Positions 27,621-35,664 of a DNA stretch of 64,000 nt are shown here, piece after piece. The notes beneath the pieces were generated by a model, which was not told where the DNA came from, made no database searches, and saw only the letters and a program-made list of their open reading frames with translations. Position 1 is the first letter of the stretch; the number at the start of each line of letters is the position of its first letter. This DNA is from a bacterium (GTDB lineage: Bacteria > Patescibacteriota > Minisyncoccia > UBA6257 > GWB1-50-10), in the NCBI GenBank assembly GCA_021815205.1, contig JAKAHD010000001.1, forward strand, positions 25,247-89,246, read 5' to 3'. A program made the translations under genes and the position numbers.

Positions 27621-28490
27621 ATTGTCGGCACATCGTAAGCGGGATTCTGTTTTGTCCCCCGCATGAATTTATGCGGGGGATGAAGCGATAATTCATCTGG
27701 GCCCTCGATTACTCTCGGGCTCAAGCCCTTCGACGCTGCTCGGGGCTATGCGGCACTTTGCCAATGTTACGCATTGGCCGCGGAAATACGCGGACTTCAC
27801 GCAGAACAACATAGAAAAATTTCCGCGCTCTTCCGCGTCAGTTCGGCGAACTTCCGCGGTCAGTGCGTAACACTGACAACACGACCTTGCACCCTGTAAG
27901 GATTTAGCCGTTTCATCTCCGCGTTTCCATCCCTATTGCGGAGCTGGACCAACTAGCTTGGGATTGGGTCCCTCCGGTCCTTTCGGACCGGAGCGTTTCT
28001 GCTCGCACCTCTAAGGTTTCCCTCGACGGCTGTTAGCCGCTACATTTTGCCACTGCTCCGCAGTGGCCGCGGACTGCGCTGACTTTACGCTGACTACGCG
28101 GAATATTCTGCGTGTGTCCGCGTGCTGTCTGCGACTTTCTGCGGTCATTGCGAAGCAATGACAGGGTGTCCCGACTTTCCTCCCCCCACCACTTTTGATG
28201 TCTTACCTGATACTTTTTACAATTCGCTTTCTTAATTCGGAGTATGAATTTTTGAACTGTTTCAATCTTCTTTCTCGGATTATCGCGTCGGATTTATCCC
28301 GATAGGCCTCATAGTAGATCAATACAAAAGGCTTTCTTGATTTGATCGATTTATTGGCGCCGCCATTATGCTCTCCTAATCTTCTTTTCAGGTCTTCGGT
28401 ATACCCGATATACAGGTCTCTGTCTCGTTCACTTTTTAAAACATAGACATAAAACATCAAAAGTGGTGGGGGGCTATCGCTTGATGTACC
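27620..28490 (-). ncRNA. rnpB: RNase P RNA, bacterial type A, with expanded helices and a ~290-nt insertion (the GIY-YIG ORF) at P3
   Basis: The minus-strand reading contains the universally conserved blocks. The P4 5' strand is GGAGGAAAGUCGGGAC, against E. coli GAGGAAAGUCCGGGCU. GGCUAACAGCCGUCGAGGGAAACC and GGUGCGAGCAGAAACGCUCC correspond to the conserved GGUAACGCC...GGGAAACC and GUGCAACAGAAA blocks. GGGAUGGAAACGCGG corresponds to GGGUGAAAGGGUGCGG. GGCUAAAUCC...GGGUGCAAGGUCG corresponds to GGUAAACUCCACCCGGAGCAAGGCC. The 3' region GGGCUUGAGCCCGAGAGUAAUCGAGGGCCCAGAUGAAUUAUCG...ACAAAACAGAAUCCCGCUUACGAUG matches E. coli GCUUGAGCCAGUGAGCGAUUGCUGGCCUAGAUGAAUGACUG...ACAGAACCCGGCUUAUCGG. The upstream promoter is TTGACA-16-TAGAAT. 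The ends are approximate. Confidence 0.65.
28203..28460 (-). CDS. GIY-YIG nuclease-family protein (UPF0213/YhbQ-like, 85 aa) nested within rnpB
   Basis: YVYVLKSERDRDLYIGYTEDLKRRLGEHNGG gives a clear GIY-YIG motif. The ORF exactly fills the loop closed by 19-bp perfect inverted repeats CCCCCCACCACTTTTGATG (28182-28200) and CATCAAAAGTGGTGGGGGG (28456-28474). The TTG/ATG start lies within the repeat arm. Confidence 0.8.
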   Translation of the reverse strand: MMFYVYVLKSERDRDLYIGYTEDLKRRLGEHNGGANKSIKSRKPFVLIYYEAYRDKSDAIIRERRLKQFKNSYSELRKRIVKSIR

Positions 28491-28496
28491 GCGGTC

Positions 28497-28524
28497 ATTC
28501 TAGGTTATTTGAATATTTTGTCAA
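28497..28524 (-). promoter_or_regulatory. Sigma70-type promoter for rnpB (TTGACA - 16 nt - TAGAAT on the minus strand)
   Basis: A consensus -35 and near-consensus -10 lie about 7 nt upstream of the predicted P1 5' strand GGUACAUC. Confidence 0.55.
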
Positions 28525-28556
28525 TTGTCGTTACTATGAGGAGCGGATAGAAAAAT

Positions 28557-28629
28557 GCCACCTTAGCTCAGCTGGTAGAGCAATGCTTTCGTAAAGCATG
28601 GGTCCCGAGTTCGAGTCTCGGAGGTGGCT
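28557..28629 (+). tRNA. tRNA-Thr (anticodon CGU)
   Basis: Cloverleaf with acceptor stem GCCACCU/AGGUGGC, anticodon stem-loop AUGCU-UUCGUAA-AGCAU and T-arm GGGTC-CCGAGTTCGAGT-CTCGG. CCA is not encoded. Confidence 0.85.
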
Positions 28630-28645
28630 CAGAACTTCATATTCG

Positions 28646-28791
28646 GTAAACCCCAACGTGGCGATCATCTCCGTTCTTGCGGGCGCAGGAGGACTTGTCC
28701 TTCGAAGCCTTATTCTTAATCCAAGAAAACTAATATGTTATCGGTAAACCCCAACGTGGCGATCATCTCCGTTCTTGCGGGCGCAGGAGGA
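28646..28791 (+). repeat. 49-bp direct duplication (GGTAAACCCCAACGTGGCGATCATCTCCGTTCTTGCGGGCGCAGGAGGA) at 28646-28694 and 28742-28790
   Basis: The second copy encodes residues VNPNVAIISVLAGAGG of the truncated RF2. The first copy is out of frame, in the tRNA-Thr/prfB spacer. Confidence 0.9.
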
Positions 28792-29433
28792 GACGATGCG
28801 AAGGACTGGGCGAATAGGCTCCTCCGGATGTACTCGCGCTATGCGGATTTGAGGCATTGGAAGCTCCAGGCGGTAAACGATACGACGATAGAGCTTCGGG
28901 GCGAAGGGGCCTATGAGTGTTTAAAGGATGAGTCCGGCGTACATCGCCTGGTGCGTATCTCGCCCTTCGACGCGAAGAAGCTGCGGCACACTTCGTTCGC
29001 CTTGGTCGAAGTACTCCCCGAATTACCCGCGAATGATGCGGCGCACATCCAGATTCCTGAAAAGGATTTGAAGGTGGAGTTCTCCCGTGCGGGAGGGCCC
29101 GGCGGACAGAATGTGAACAAGGTAGAAACCGCGGTGCGGGTGACGCACCTGCCGACGGGGCTCGTGACATCATCGCGCGCCGAGCGGTCGCAGGCCTCGA
29201 ATCGCGAGAAAGCCCTGAATCTCCTGAAGGCAAAACTCGTGAAGCTCATGGAGGAGAAGCATGAGAAAGAAATCTCGAACCTGCGAACCCGCGTCGCTCC
29301 GGAGTGGGGGCATGAGATTCGTTCCTATGTACTCCATCCCTATAAGCAGATAAAGGATCACAGAACGGGACAGAAGATAAGCAGGGTGGAGGAAGTATTA
29401 GAAGGAAATCTAGATTTGTTAAATGCCAAATAA
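28735..29433 (+). CDS. prfB: Peptide chain release factor 2 lacking N-terminal domain 1 (domains 2-4 only); possibly truncated or pseudogenised
   Basis: The SPF codon-recognition motif (RISPFD), the GGQ motif (GGPGGQNVNKVETAVRVTHLPTGLV) and the AGAGGDDAKDWANRLLRMY block are all present. The product is only 232 aa, about 110-130 residues short of a normal RF2. No frameshift site or N-terminal coding sequence lies upstream. Confidence 0.75.
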   Translation: MLSVNPNVAIISVLAGAGGDDAKDWANRLLRMYSRYADLRHWKLQAVNDTTIELRGEGAYECLKDESGVHRLVRISPFDAKKLRHTSFALVEVLPELPANDAAHIQIPEKDLKVEFSRAGGPGGQNVNKVETAVRVTHLPTGLVTSSRAERSQASNREKALNLLKAKLVKLMEEKHEKEISNLRTRVAPEWGHEIRSYVLHPYKQIKDHRTGQKISRVEEVLEGNLDLLNAK

Positions 29434-29640
29434 CAAATTCCAAATCAATGACTAAATCCGAAACACGAAATCCGAGATTCGAAACAATGATCAAAAGCGA
29501 GAAAAAACCGAATGCCCCAAACGCGTGTTTCTAATTTCTGAAATTCGTATTTAGGATTTGTTTCGCATTTTGATATTCGGATTTCGAATTTGATTGGACG
29601 TTTGACATTTGGATTTTGGCATTCATCCAGTACACTCTGT
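29434..29640. repeat. AT-rich family F tract (AAATCCGAAA iterations, AAACGCGTGTTT palindrome, GAAATTCGTATTTAGGATTTG)
   Basis: Shares the GAAATTCGTAT/TTAGGATTTG/ACGCGT core with 17650-17730 and 18186-18240. It contains a TTGACA-like -35 box upstream of ftsE. Confidence 0.55.
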
Positions 29641-29706
29641 TGAGTGGGAAAGGTGTTTGTGCTATCCTATAGGAGAAAAGACGATCTCTGCGTCTTTTTG
29701 ATTGCC

Positions 29707-30390
29707 ATGATCATTTTTCAGAACGTTTCGAAGAACTATAATCACAACTCCGTTGCTTTGGACAAGGTAAGCTTCAAGATCCAGCCGAACGAGTTCGTGA
29801 CTTTCGTGGGCCGTTCGGGAGCGGGGAAGTCCACCGTGGTAAAATTATTGATAGGAGAAGAGAAGCCCTCGAAGGGACAGATCTTCTTCGGCGCGTATGA
29901 GGTGAACAAACTGAAGCCCTCCGAGCTTCCCGAATTCAGGAGGCATATCGGCGTTATTTTCCAGGATTTCAGACTGCTCTCGAAGAAGAATGCATTTGAG
30001 AATGTGGCGTTCGCGCTCGAGGTTGAAGGAAGGTTTCAAAAAGAGATCAATGAACTTGTGCCCCAAGTGCTTGATATGGTGGGGCTCAAGGAGAAGATGT
30101 TCAACTATCCGACGGAGCTCTCGGGAGGCGAGAAACAGCGGGTCGCGATCGCGCGGGCGATGATCAATCAGCCGGATGTGCTTATTGCCGACGAGCCGAC
30201 GGGGAATCTCGATCCCTTCAACACATGGGAGGTGATCAAGCTCTTGAAGAAGATCAACGAATTGGGGAGCACGGTGATCCTTGCGACGCACGACAAAGAG
30301 ATTGTAAACACCCTTGGGGAACGGGTCGTCACGCTTGAGAACGGCCAGGTTGTGAAAGATGAAGCGCATGGAAGATTTCTCATTGATTAA
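29707..30390 (+). CDS. ftsE: Cell-division ABC ATPase FtsE
   Basis: Walker A GRSGAGKST, signature LSGGEKQRVAIARA and Walker B LIADEPTGNLD. The start is at the internal Met (MIIFQNV). Confidence 0.9.
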   Translation: MIIFQNVSKNYNHNSVALDKVSFKIQPNEFVTFVGRSGAGKSTVVKLLIGEEKPSKGQIFFGAYEVNKLKPSELPEFRRHIGVIFQDFRLLSKKNAFENVAFALEVEGRFQKEINELVPQVLDMVGLKEKMFNYPTELSGGEKQRVAIARAMINQPDVLIADEPTGNLDPFNTWEVIKLLKKINELGSTVILATHDKEIVNTLGERVVTLENGQVVKDEAHGRFLID

Positions 30391-30394
30391 TATG

Positions 30395-30652
30395 CTACGA
30401 AATACGAATTGTATACGAATATACGAATACGGACTCATAGCCCATAATTTGCAACGCAATGGGCAATTTCGTATATTCGTAATGAAGATACCGCACCGCA
30501 CGCGGTGCGGTATCGGAATTCATCCGAAGCCAACCCTCCTTCGTCCGCCTCGAGCGGACTACGGAAGGGTTCTCCTTCGCCCTCCATCCTCATCGCACGC
30601 GACGGAGGTATTCGGGCGAAGGAGAATAAATTCGTAATTCGTAGAGAAATTC
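30395..30652. mobile_element. MITE-like repeat family C copy 4 (258 bp; same TIRs, carrying a nested 12-bp-stem palindrome ATACCGCACCGCACGCGGTGCGGTAT and GC-rich hairpins)
   Basis: Inserted in the ftsE-ftsX spacer. The right TIR ends at the ATG of ftsX. Confidence 0.8.
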
Positions 30653-31558
30653 ATGGTGACATTATTTCGAATTCTAAAATACGGATGGCAGAGTTTCTTA
30701 AGGAATGGATGGCTTTCTTTCTCGACGATCGGCATCATGATCTTGGCGCTTCTTGTATTTGAGGGGCTCATTCTCTTCAATGTAGTGAGTAAGGGTGCGG
30801 TGCAGGCGATCCAGGAGAAGGTTGATATCAGCGTGTACTTCAAGAGTAACGTGCCTGAAGACACGATTCTCAATCTGAAAAAATCTCTCGAAGGATTGGA
30901 TGAGGTGAAGTACGTCGAGTATATTTCGAAGGATCAGGCGCTCGCGGATTTCAAGGCGCGCCACGCGAACGAAGCTACAATCACCCAGACGCTCGCGGAA
31001 CTCAACACCAATCCGCTTCTCGCGTCGTTGAACATCAAGGCGAAGGATTTGCATCACTATGATTCCATAGCCCGGTATCTCGAGAAGCCGGATTTCAAGG
31101 ATATCACCGAGAAGATCACCTACGCGCAGAATCAGGTGGTAATCGATCGTCTTACCTCCCTGATCGACAACTTCCAGCGGGGCGGTTTTGCGCTCACGCT
31201 CTTCCTCGCGTTTCTTGCCGTGATGGTGACGTTTAACACGATACGGCTCGCCATCTTTTCGAATCGGGAACAGATCGGCATCATGCGGCTCGTGGGTGCC
31301 TCAAACAACTTCATTCGAGGTCCGTATGTAATTGAGGGAATTTTATACGGTATCATCGCGGCGGCGGTGAGTTTTCTCATCTTTATCCCTCTTATTGGGG
31401 TCGTTTCCCCAAGCATTGCGAGTTTTGTTCCCGAGGTCGATCTTGCGGGCTATTTTAGCGCGCATTTCATGCTGGTGCTTTTCTACCAGATGCTTTTCGG
31501 GGTGGTCTTGGGAATCGTCTCGAGCGTGGTAGCTACCCGCCATTATCTCAACGTATAG
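30653..31558 (+). CDS. ftsX: Cell-division permease-like protein FtsX
   Basis: Four-TM FtsX topology with a large first periplasmic loop. Conserved C-terminal block (IGIMRLVGASNNFIRGPYVIEG). Confidence 0.85.
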   Translation: MVTLFRILKYGWQSFLRNGWLSFSTIGIMILALLVFEGLILFNVVSKGAVQAIQEKVDISVYFKSNVPEDTILNLKKSLEGLDEVKYVEYISKDQALADFKARHANEATITQTLAELNTNPLLASLNIKAKDLHHYDSIARYLEKPDFKDITEKITYAQNQVVIDRLTSLIDNFQRGGFALTLFLAFLAVMVTFNTIRLAIFSNREQIGIMRLVGASNNFIRGPYVIEGILYGIIAAAVSFLIFIPLIGVVSPSIASFVPEVDLAGYFSAHFMLVLFYQMLFGVVLGIVSSVVATRHYLNV

Positions 31559-31631
31559 GTTTTCCCGCACGCTTCTCTTGGTACTGCCTCGCCTCCCGGA
31601 TAAGGCGGCTTCGAGGTAACAAGGAGGCCTT

Positions 31632-32192
31632 GTGGTGCGTATAGGTATGCGAAAATCCCTTACCCCAGAACATTTTAATACGGTTGCCCTCCGTCTCAAG
31701 GCGGGCGACAAGACCGCGGGGAAGGAACTTTTTGAGTATTGGAGTCCGTTACTTTTCCGATTCTTTATGCTCAGGATTGCGCATAAGGGAAAGGCGGAAG
31801 ATCTGGTGCAGGATGTGTTTTTAAAACTTATCTCGCGCATCGACACGTTCGATACGAGTGTGGGAAATTTTACCGCCTGGTTTTGGCAGGTCGCAAAGAA
31901 TACTCTGAAGGACTATTACCGCGAGAAAAAGGAGGGAACGTTTTCCGATGTGTTCCCCGATGGGATTGATATCGCCGACGATCGTCCTGTGCTCGAGACC
32001 TCGCTCCGCGTGCAGGAAGTGCTTCGTGTCCTTTCGCGCTTTTCCGAAGAGGAGCAGGAAACATTCTCATTGCGTTGCGTAAGCGGACTGTCGTATAAAG
32101 AGATTGCGGCGATTACCGCAAGATCGGAAGGCGCGTTGAGAGTCGAAGTGCACCGCTTGACGCAAAAACTCAAAAAACTACTTCATGAATAA
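31632..32192 (+). CDS. ECF-type RNA polymerase sigma factor (sigma-70 regions 2 and 4)
   Basis: Region 2 (DLVQDVFLKLISRIDTFD...FTAWFWQVAKNTLKDYYREK) and region 4 HTH (LSYKEIAAITARSEGALRVEVHRLTQKL). Confidence 0.8.
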   Translation: MVRIGMRKSLTPEHFNTVALRLKAGDKTAGKELFEYWSPLLFRFFMLRIAHKGKAEDLVQDVFLKLISRIDTFDTSVGNFTAWFWQVAKNTLKDYYREKKEGTFSDVFPDGIDIADDRPVLETSLRVQEVLRVLSRFSEEEQETFSLRCVSGLSYKEIAAITARSEGALRVEVHRLTQKLKKLLHE

Positions 32193-32832
32193 TCGTTTTT
32201 CAGCACACCTCAACTATTGGAAGTCGCTTCGCGCATTGCGGCGATTCACGCAGCCGCGCGGCACGTTCCTTTCGGAAGCGAGCGCGGAATTTTTGCGCGC
32301 GCTTTCGGAAAGAGGAAACGTTGTTCCGGTCTCCTCTTCGAGAGGAAGGAAAATCGTGTTGCGATACGCGATGCTTGTTATCGTATTCATGCTTATGTTG
32401 CACGGAGGCGCGGTGGTACTTGCGGATTCAGAGAACGTCGCGCTCACTCACCCGCTCTACCCCTATAAACGTCTTGGTGAAGATCTCCGGCTTTCGATTG
32501 CTCCAGTTGCGAGTCGTGCCGCCTTGCGGAGCAAGTTCGCGGAGCGTCGCCTCGAAGAGATGCAGGAGGCGAAGAAAAAGACAATGAAACGTCAAAAACT
32601 TGAAGTGCTGAACAATGATTTTAAGCGCGAGGTGAATGCGGCCTTGGCGAGCGCGGACACCGTGCAGGGCATAAGTACCAGCACCCGTATGTCCCTATGC
32701 GGAGCTCTCCAGGGGCTTATTCGTGAGCGCGATGCGCTCATGCACAAGGGACGCATTACGAAATGGAGCGGGTTTGCGTCGCATTGTAAAGAATTTTCGG
32801 GCACCGATACGTTTCCGGTGCAAGAGGAGTAG
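32185..32832 (+). CDS. Putative anti-sigma factor (single-pass membrane protein, DUF5667-like topology)
   Basis: Overlaps the sigma gene by 8 nt. It has a cytoplasmic N-terminus, one TM helix (IVLRYAMLVIVFMLMLHGGAVVLA) and a helical extracytoplasmic C-terminus. Confidence 0.4.
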   Translation: MNNRFSAHLNYWKSLRALRRFTQPRGTFLSEASAEFLRALSERGNVVPVSSSRGRKIVLRYAMLVIVFMLMLHGGAVVLADSENVALTHPLYPYKRLGEDLRLSIAPVASRAALRSKFAERRLEEMQEAKKKTMKRQKLEVLNNDFKREVNAALASADTVQGISTSTRMSLCGALQGLIRERDALMHKGRITKWSGFASHCKEFSGTDTFPVQEE

Positions 32833-33052
32833 GGGAGTCGGTTCTGTCCTGCCTTCGAAAACACGCGTCAACTCGCCCCAGCCGGCGAGTTGCGCTCGCT
32901 CTCGGCCTCGCTCTTCCGCCTTCGGCGGAAACCATGCCCGCTTGGCCTGCGAGACGGTTTTCGAAAGCAGGCAGAACCTTATGAGGGGTGGTGAACGATA
33001 TGACGCGCGATTATCTTTTTGTGTTGGTTGGACGGTGGAGTATTATAGGAAG

Positions 33053-34273
33053 ATGGAGTTCGGGTTTTGGGGAAAATTGAAGAAGCCGATATTCGCGCTT
33101 GCGCCGATGGCGAACGTGACGGATGCCGCATTCAGATATATTATCGCGAAGTACGGGAAGTTCACACGCCCCGACGGAACCGTGGGAGGCGGGCCCGATG
33201 TGATGTGGACCGAATTCGTGTCGTGCGACGGGCTCTGTTCCGAGGGAAGGGAAGCGCTACTTCAGGATCTGCGGTTCGACGCATCGGAACGGCCTATCGT
33301 TGCTCAATTTTTTGGTGCGGTGCCGGAGCATTTTTACGAGTGCGCGAAGCTTGCCGTGGAACTCGGATTCGACGGCATTGATATTAATATGGGATGCCCC
33401 GATAAGAATGTGCTGAAGCAGGGGGCGGGCGCTGCGTGTATCGATGCGCCGGAGCGCGCGAAAGAGATCATACGTGCGACACAAGAAGGTGCGGGAGTAC
33501 TTCCTGTGTCTGTAAAAACAAGAATAGGGACGAAGCGCAACACGCTTGCCGCGTGGCTGCCGTTGCTTCTCGCGCAGGATCTTGCCGCGATCACGATACA
33601 TGCGCGGACTGCAAAGGAGCTTTCCCTCGTGCCGGCGCACTGGGAGATTTTTCATGATGCGGTTCGGATACGGAACGAAGTACAGAGCGGAAGCGCGAAA
33701 AAGACGTTGCTTTTGGGAAACGGGGATGTGGAAAGTATCGAAGATGCTGCAAAGAAGGCCGAGGAGTACGGATTGGATGGCGTGATGATAGGGAGGGGAA
33801 TTTTCGGCAATCCTTGGTTTTTTAGAGATGCCGATATGTTTCGTACCGCGGGTTTAGCATACCGAGAAAAGTCTGCGCTCCAGGGCGCCTGCCTGCCCAA
33901 GCAGGCTAGCCCAAGCCCCCACACCTATTTCGTAGGTGTGGGGGCAAGTTTTCCCCACTCTTCTCAGCATACTAAGCCCGCTCCCCATAAATTTCGGGAA
34001 GAGGAGGGATTGCATAAAGAGAGTGATGGTGTTGGAGCGGATGAAAAGCTCCGGGTGATGGTGGAACACACGTTCCTTTTCGAGGAGATGTTCCGCGGAA
34101 AGAAAAGTTTTGATGTGATGAAGAAGCATTACAAGGCGTATGTGAACGGATTTAAAGGGGCAAAAGAGTTGCGCATCAGGTTGATGGATACGAAGAACGC
34201 GCAGGAGGTCGCGGACATCGTGGAAAATGTCCACGCATGGCACACTCACCGCTCGGGCGCTCCGGGGCGCTAG
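33053..34273 (+). CDS. dus: tRNA-dihydrouridine synthase with a ~60-aa repeat-derived in-frame insertion and a repeat-derived C-terminus
   Basis: The Dus TIM-barrel has LAPMANVTDAAFR, PIVAQFFG and GIDINMGCP. The ORF-track start at 32723 is a spurious extension; ATG 33053 precedes MEFGFWGKLKKPIF. Confidence 0.85.
   Translation: MEFGFWGKLKKPIFALAPMANVTDAAFRYIIAKYGKFTRPDGTVGGGPDVMWTEFVSCDGLCSEGREALLQDLRFDASERPIVAQFFGAVPEHFYECAKLAVELGFDGIDINMGCPDKNVLKQGAGAACIDAPERAKEIIRATQEGAGVLPVSVKTRIGTKRNTLAAWLPLLLAQDLAAITIHARTAKELSLVPAHWEIFHDAVRIRNEVQSGSAKKTLLLGNGDVESIEDAAKKAEEYGLDGVMIGRGIFGNPWFFRDADMFRTAGLAYREKSALQGACLPKQASPSPHTYFVGVGASFPHSSQHTKPAPHKFREEEGLHKESDGVGADEKLRVMVEHTFLFEEMFRGKKSFDVMKKHYKAYVNGFKGAKELRIRLMDTKNAQEVADIVENVHAWHTHRSGAPGR
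33860..34020. mobile_element. Intragenic repeat module inside dus (CTGCCCAAGCAGGCTAGCCCAAGCC plus hairpin CCCCCACACCTATTTCGTAGGTGTGGGGG)
   Basis: Low-complexity P/S/H-rich peptide (LAYREKSALQGACLPKQASPSPHTYFVGVGASFPHSSQHTKPAPHKFREEEG...) interrupts the Dus fold between the barrel and the helical domain. Its DNA shares the GCTAGCCCAAG and CCCACAC..ATTTCGT..GTGTGGG modules with families E and D. Confidence 0.6.
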
Positions 34274-34308
34274 CCCAAGTCTTACCCTCGCGGTTGGGTG
34301 TGCCATGC
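34235..34308. mobile_element. Repeat family E copy 3 (TIR GCATGGCACAC / GTGTGCCATGC) overlapping the dus stop codon
   Basis: CACCGCTCGGGCGCTCCGGGGCGCTAGCCCAAGTCTTACCCTCGC. The dus stop TAG lies inside GCGCTAGCCC, and the last ~12 codons of dus come from the element. Confidence 0.7.
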
Positions 34309-34372
34309 AAGATAAGAAATAAATGGTTATTGTCATAGCGGCGTTCTGGGTTCCGCGGTATACTAGAGCGAT

Positions 34373-35596
34373 ATGAGGGGTATAAAACGGCGCCTCGCGC
34401 TTTACGCGGGAGGCATTATGATTCTCCTTCTTCTAGGAGGATTTTTCTTTCTTACCGTAAAAAACACCCTGGGGCTCGACCGCTCCGACCGGGAGGCGCG
34501 CTCCGCCGCCTCCCTCGATATCGGTCCGCAGAAGCCGCTTTTGCATCCTCCGTCCGTCGTCCGCGCGATCTATCTCACGGGCTGGTCCGCGGGGGACGCC
34601 GCAAAGATTTCCTATGTACTTCATCTTGCGCGCGAAAACGCCGTCAATGCGGTGGTAATTGATATCAAAGATTATTCCGGGCATGTGTCGTATGACGTGC
34701 CCGATCCAGAAGTGGCGCAGTATCACGCCGCCGAAGGGAGAATCCAGAAGATTAACTCGCTCCTCAAGGAGCTCCACGATGCGGGGATCTATGTGATAGG
34801 AAGGATTACGGTTTTTCAGGATCCCGTGCTCGCGCACGCGCGCCCCGCTATGGCGGTGCATAATGGCGCAAAAATGACCTCAACTTCCTCCGAAGCATTT
34901 GCGTCCACGGCATCCTTATGGCACGACGAAGGAGGACTGAACTGGATGGACCCCGCTTCGCGCGGCGTGTGGAAGTATGTGGCGGCGATCGCGAAGAACG
35001 CGGCACAAAGGGGATTCGACGAGGTGAACTTCGATTATGTTCGTTTCCCTTCGGGCGGCAATCTCGACGCGGCACAGTACCCCTCCTGGAACAAGACCAC
35101 ACCGAGAAGCGTTGTAATAGAGGACTTTTTCAAATATCTGCGGGATGCGCTTCCTCATGTGAAAATTTCTGCGGACCTCTTCGGATTCACCACCTTCCGG
35201 AAGGACGATCTTGGCATCGGACAGCTCATAGAAGACGCATTTCCATACTTCGATTACATTGCTCCCATGGTATACCCCTCGCACTATAGCGCGGGTTTCC
35301 TCGAGTATAAAAAGCCCGCATCATATCCGTATGAAGTGGTCAGCTATTCTTTGAAGGCCGCCGAGGCGCGCCGTGAAACGCTCATGAACGCCACTTCGAC
35401 GCGCGTATCGGGAGCGCCGATCGCAAAACTGCGGCCATGGCTTCAGGACTTCGAGTTGGGCGGCGTGCCATACGATGCGGCAATGGTCACGCAAGAGATT
35501 CAGGCGACGAAAGATTCGCTTTCGAAGGATTATGTCGGTTTCATGATGTGGAGCCCGACGAACGTGTATACCGAAGCGGCGCTCTTGATTAAGTAA
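34373..35596 (+). CDS. Membrane-anchored glycoside-hydrolase-like (GHL10/DUF4015-type) protein
   Basis: N-terminal TM helix followed by a TIM-barrel-like domain with AIYLTGWSAG, VIDIKDYSGHVSY and NWMDP...GFDEVNFDYVRFP blocks typical of the DUF4015 family. Confidence 0.5.
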   Translation: MRGIKRRLALYAGGIMILLLLGGFFFLTVKNTLGLDRSDREARSAASLDIGPQKPLLHPPSVVRAIYLTGWSAGDAAKISYVLHLARENAVNAVVIDIKDYSGHVSYDVPDPEVAQYHAAEGRIQKINSLLKELHDAGIYVIGRITVFQDPVLAHARPAMAVHNGAKMTSTSSEAFASTASLWHDEGGLNWMDPASRGVWKYVAAIAKNAAQRGFDEVNFDYVRFPSGGNLDAAQYPSWNKTTPRSVVIEDFFKYLRDALPHVKISADLFGFTTFRKDDLGIGQLIEDAFPYFDYIAPMVYPSHYSAGFLEYKKPASYPYEVVSYSLKAAEARRETLMNATSTRVSGAPIAKLRPWLQDFELGGVPYDAAMVTQEIQATKDSLSKDYVGFMMWSPTNVYTEAALLIK

Positions 35597-35664
35597 TTAG
35601 ATTAGTTTATAGTGTGCGTTGAGATTGAATAATTTTTAACAAATTAATTTAGATGAGGTAAAAG

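Noticed and set aside
27700-28200. ORF-free region with iterated TTCCGCG/CTGCG short motifs, first suspected to be an iteron-type replication origin or regulatory array
   Set aside because: Reverse-complementing it reveals the conserved core of RNase P RNA (P4, the GGGAAACC block and the 3' ACAGAA...GCUUAC block). The apparent iterations are helices of rnpB.
32723-33052. 110-aa N-terminal extension of the dus ORF in the track (MSAMRSCTRDALRNG...)
   Set aside because: Arg/Cys-rich low-complexity translation of the upstream intergenic region. The conserved Dus N-terminus begins at ATG 33053.
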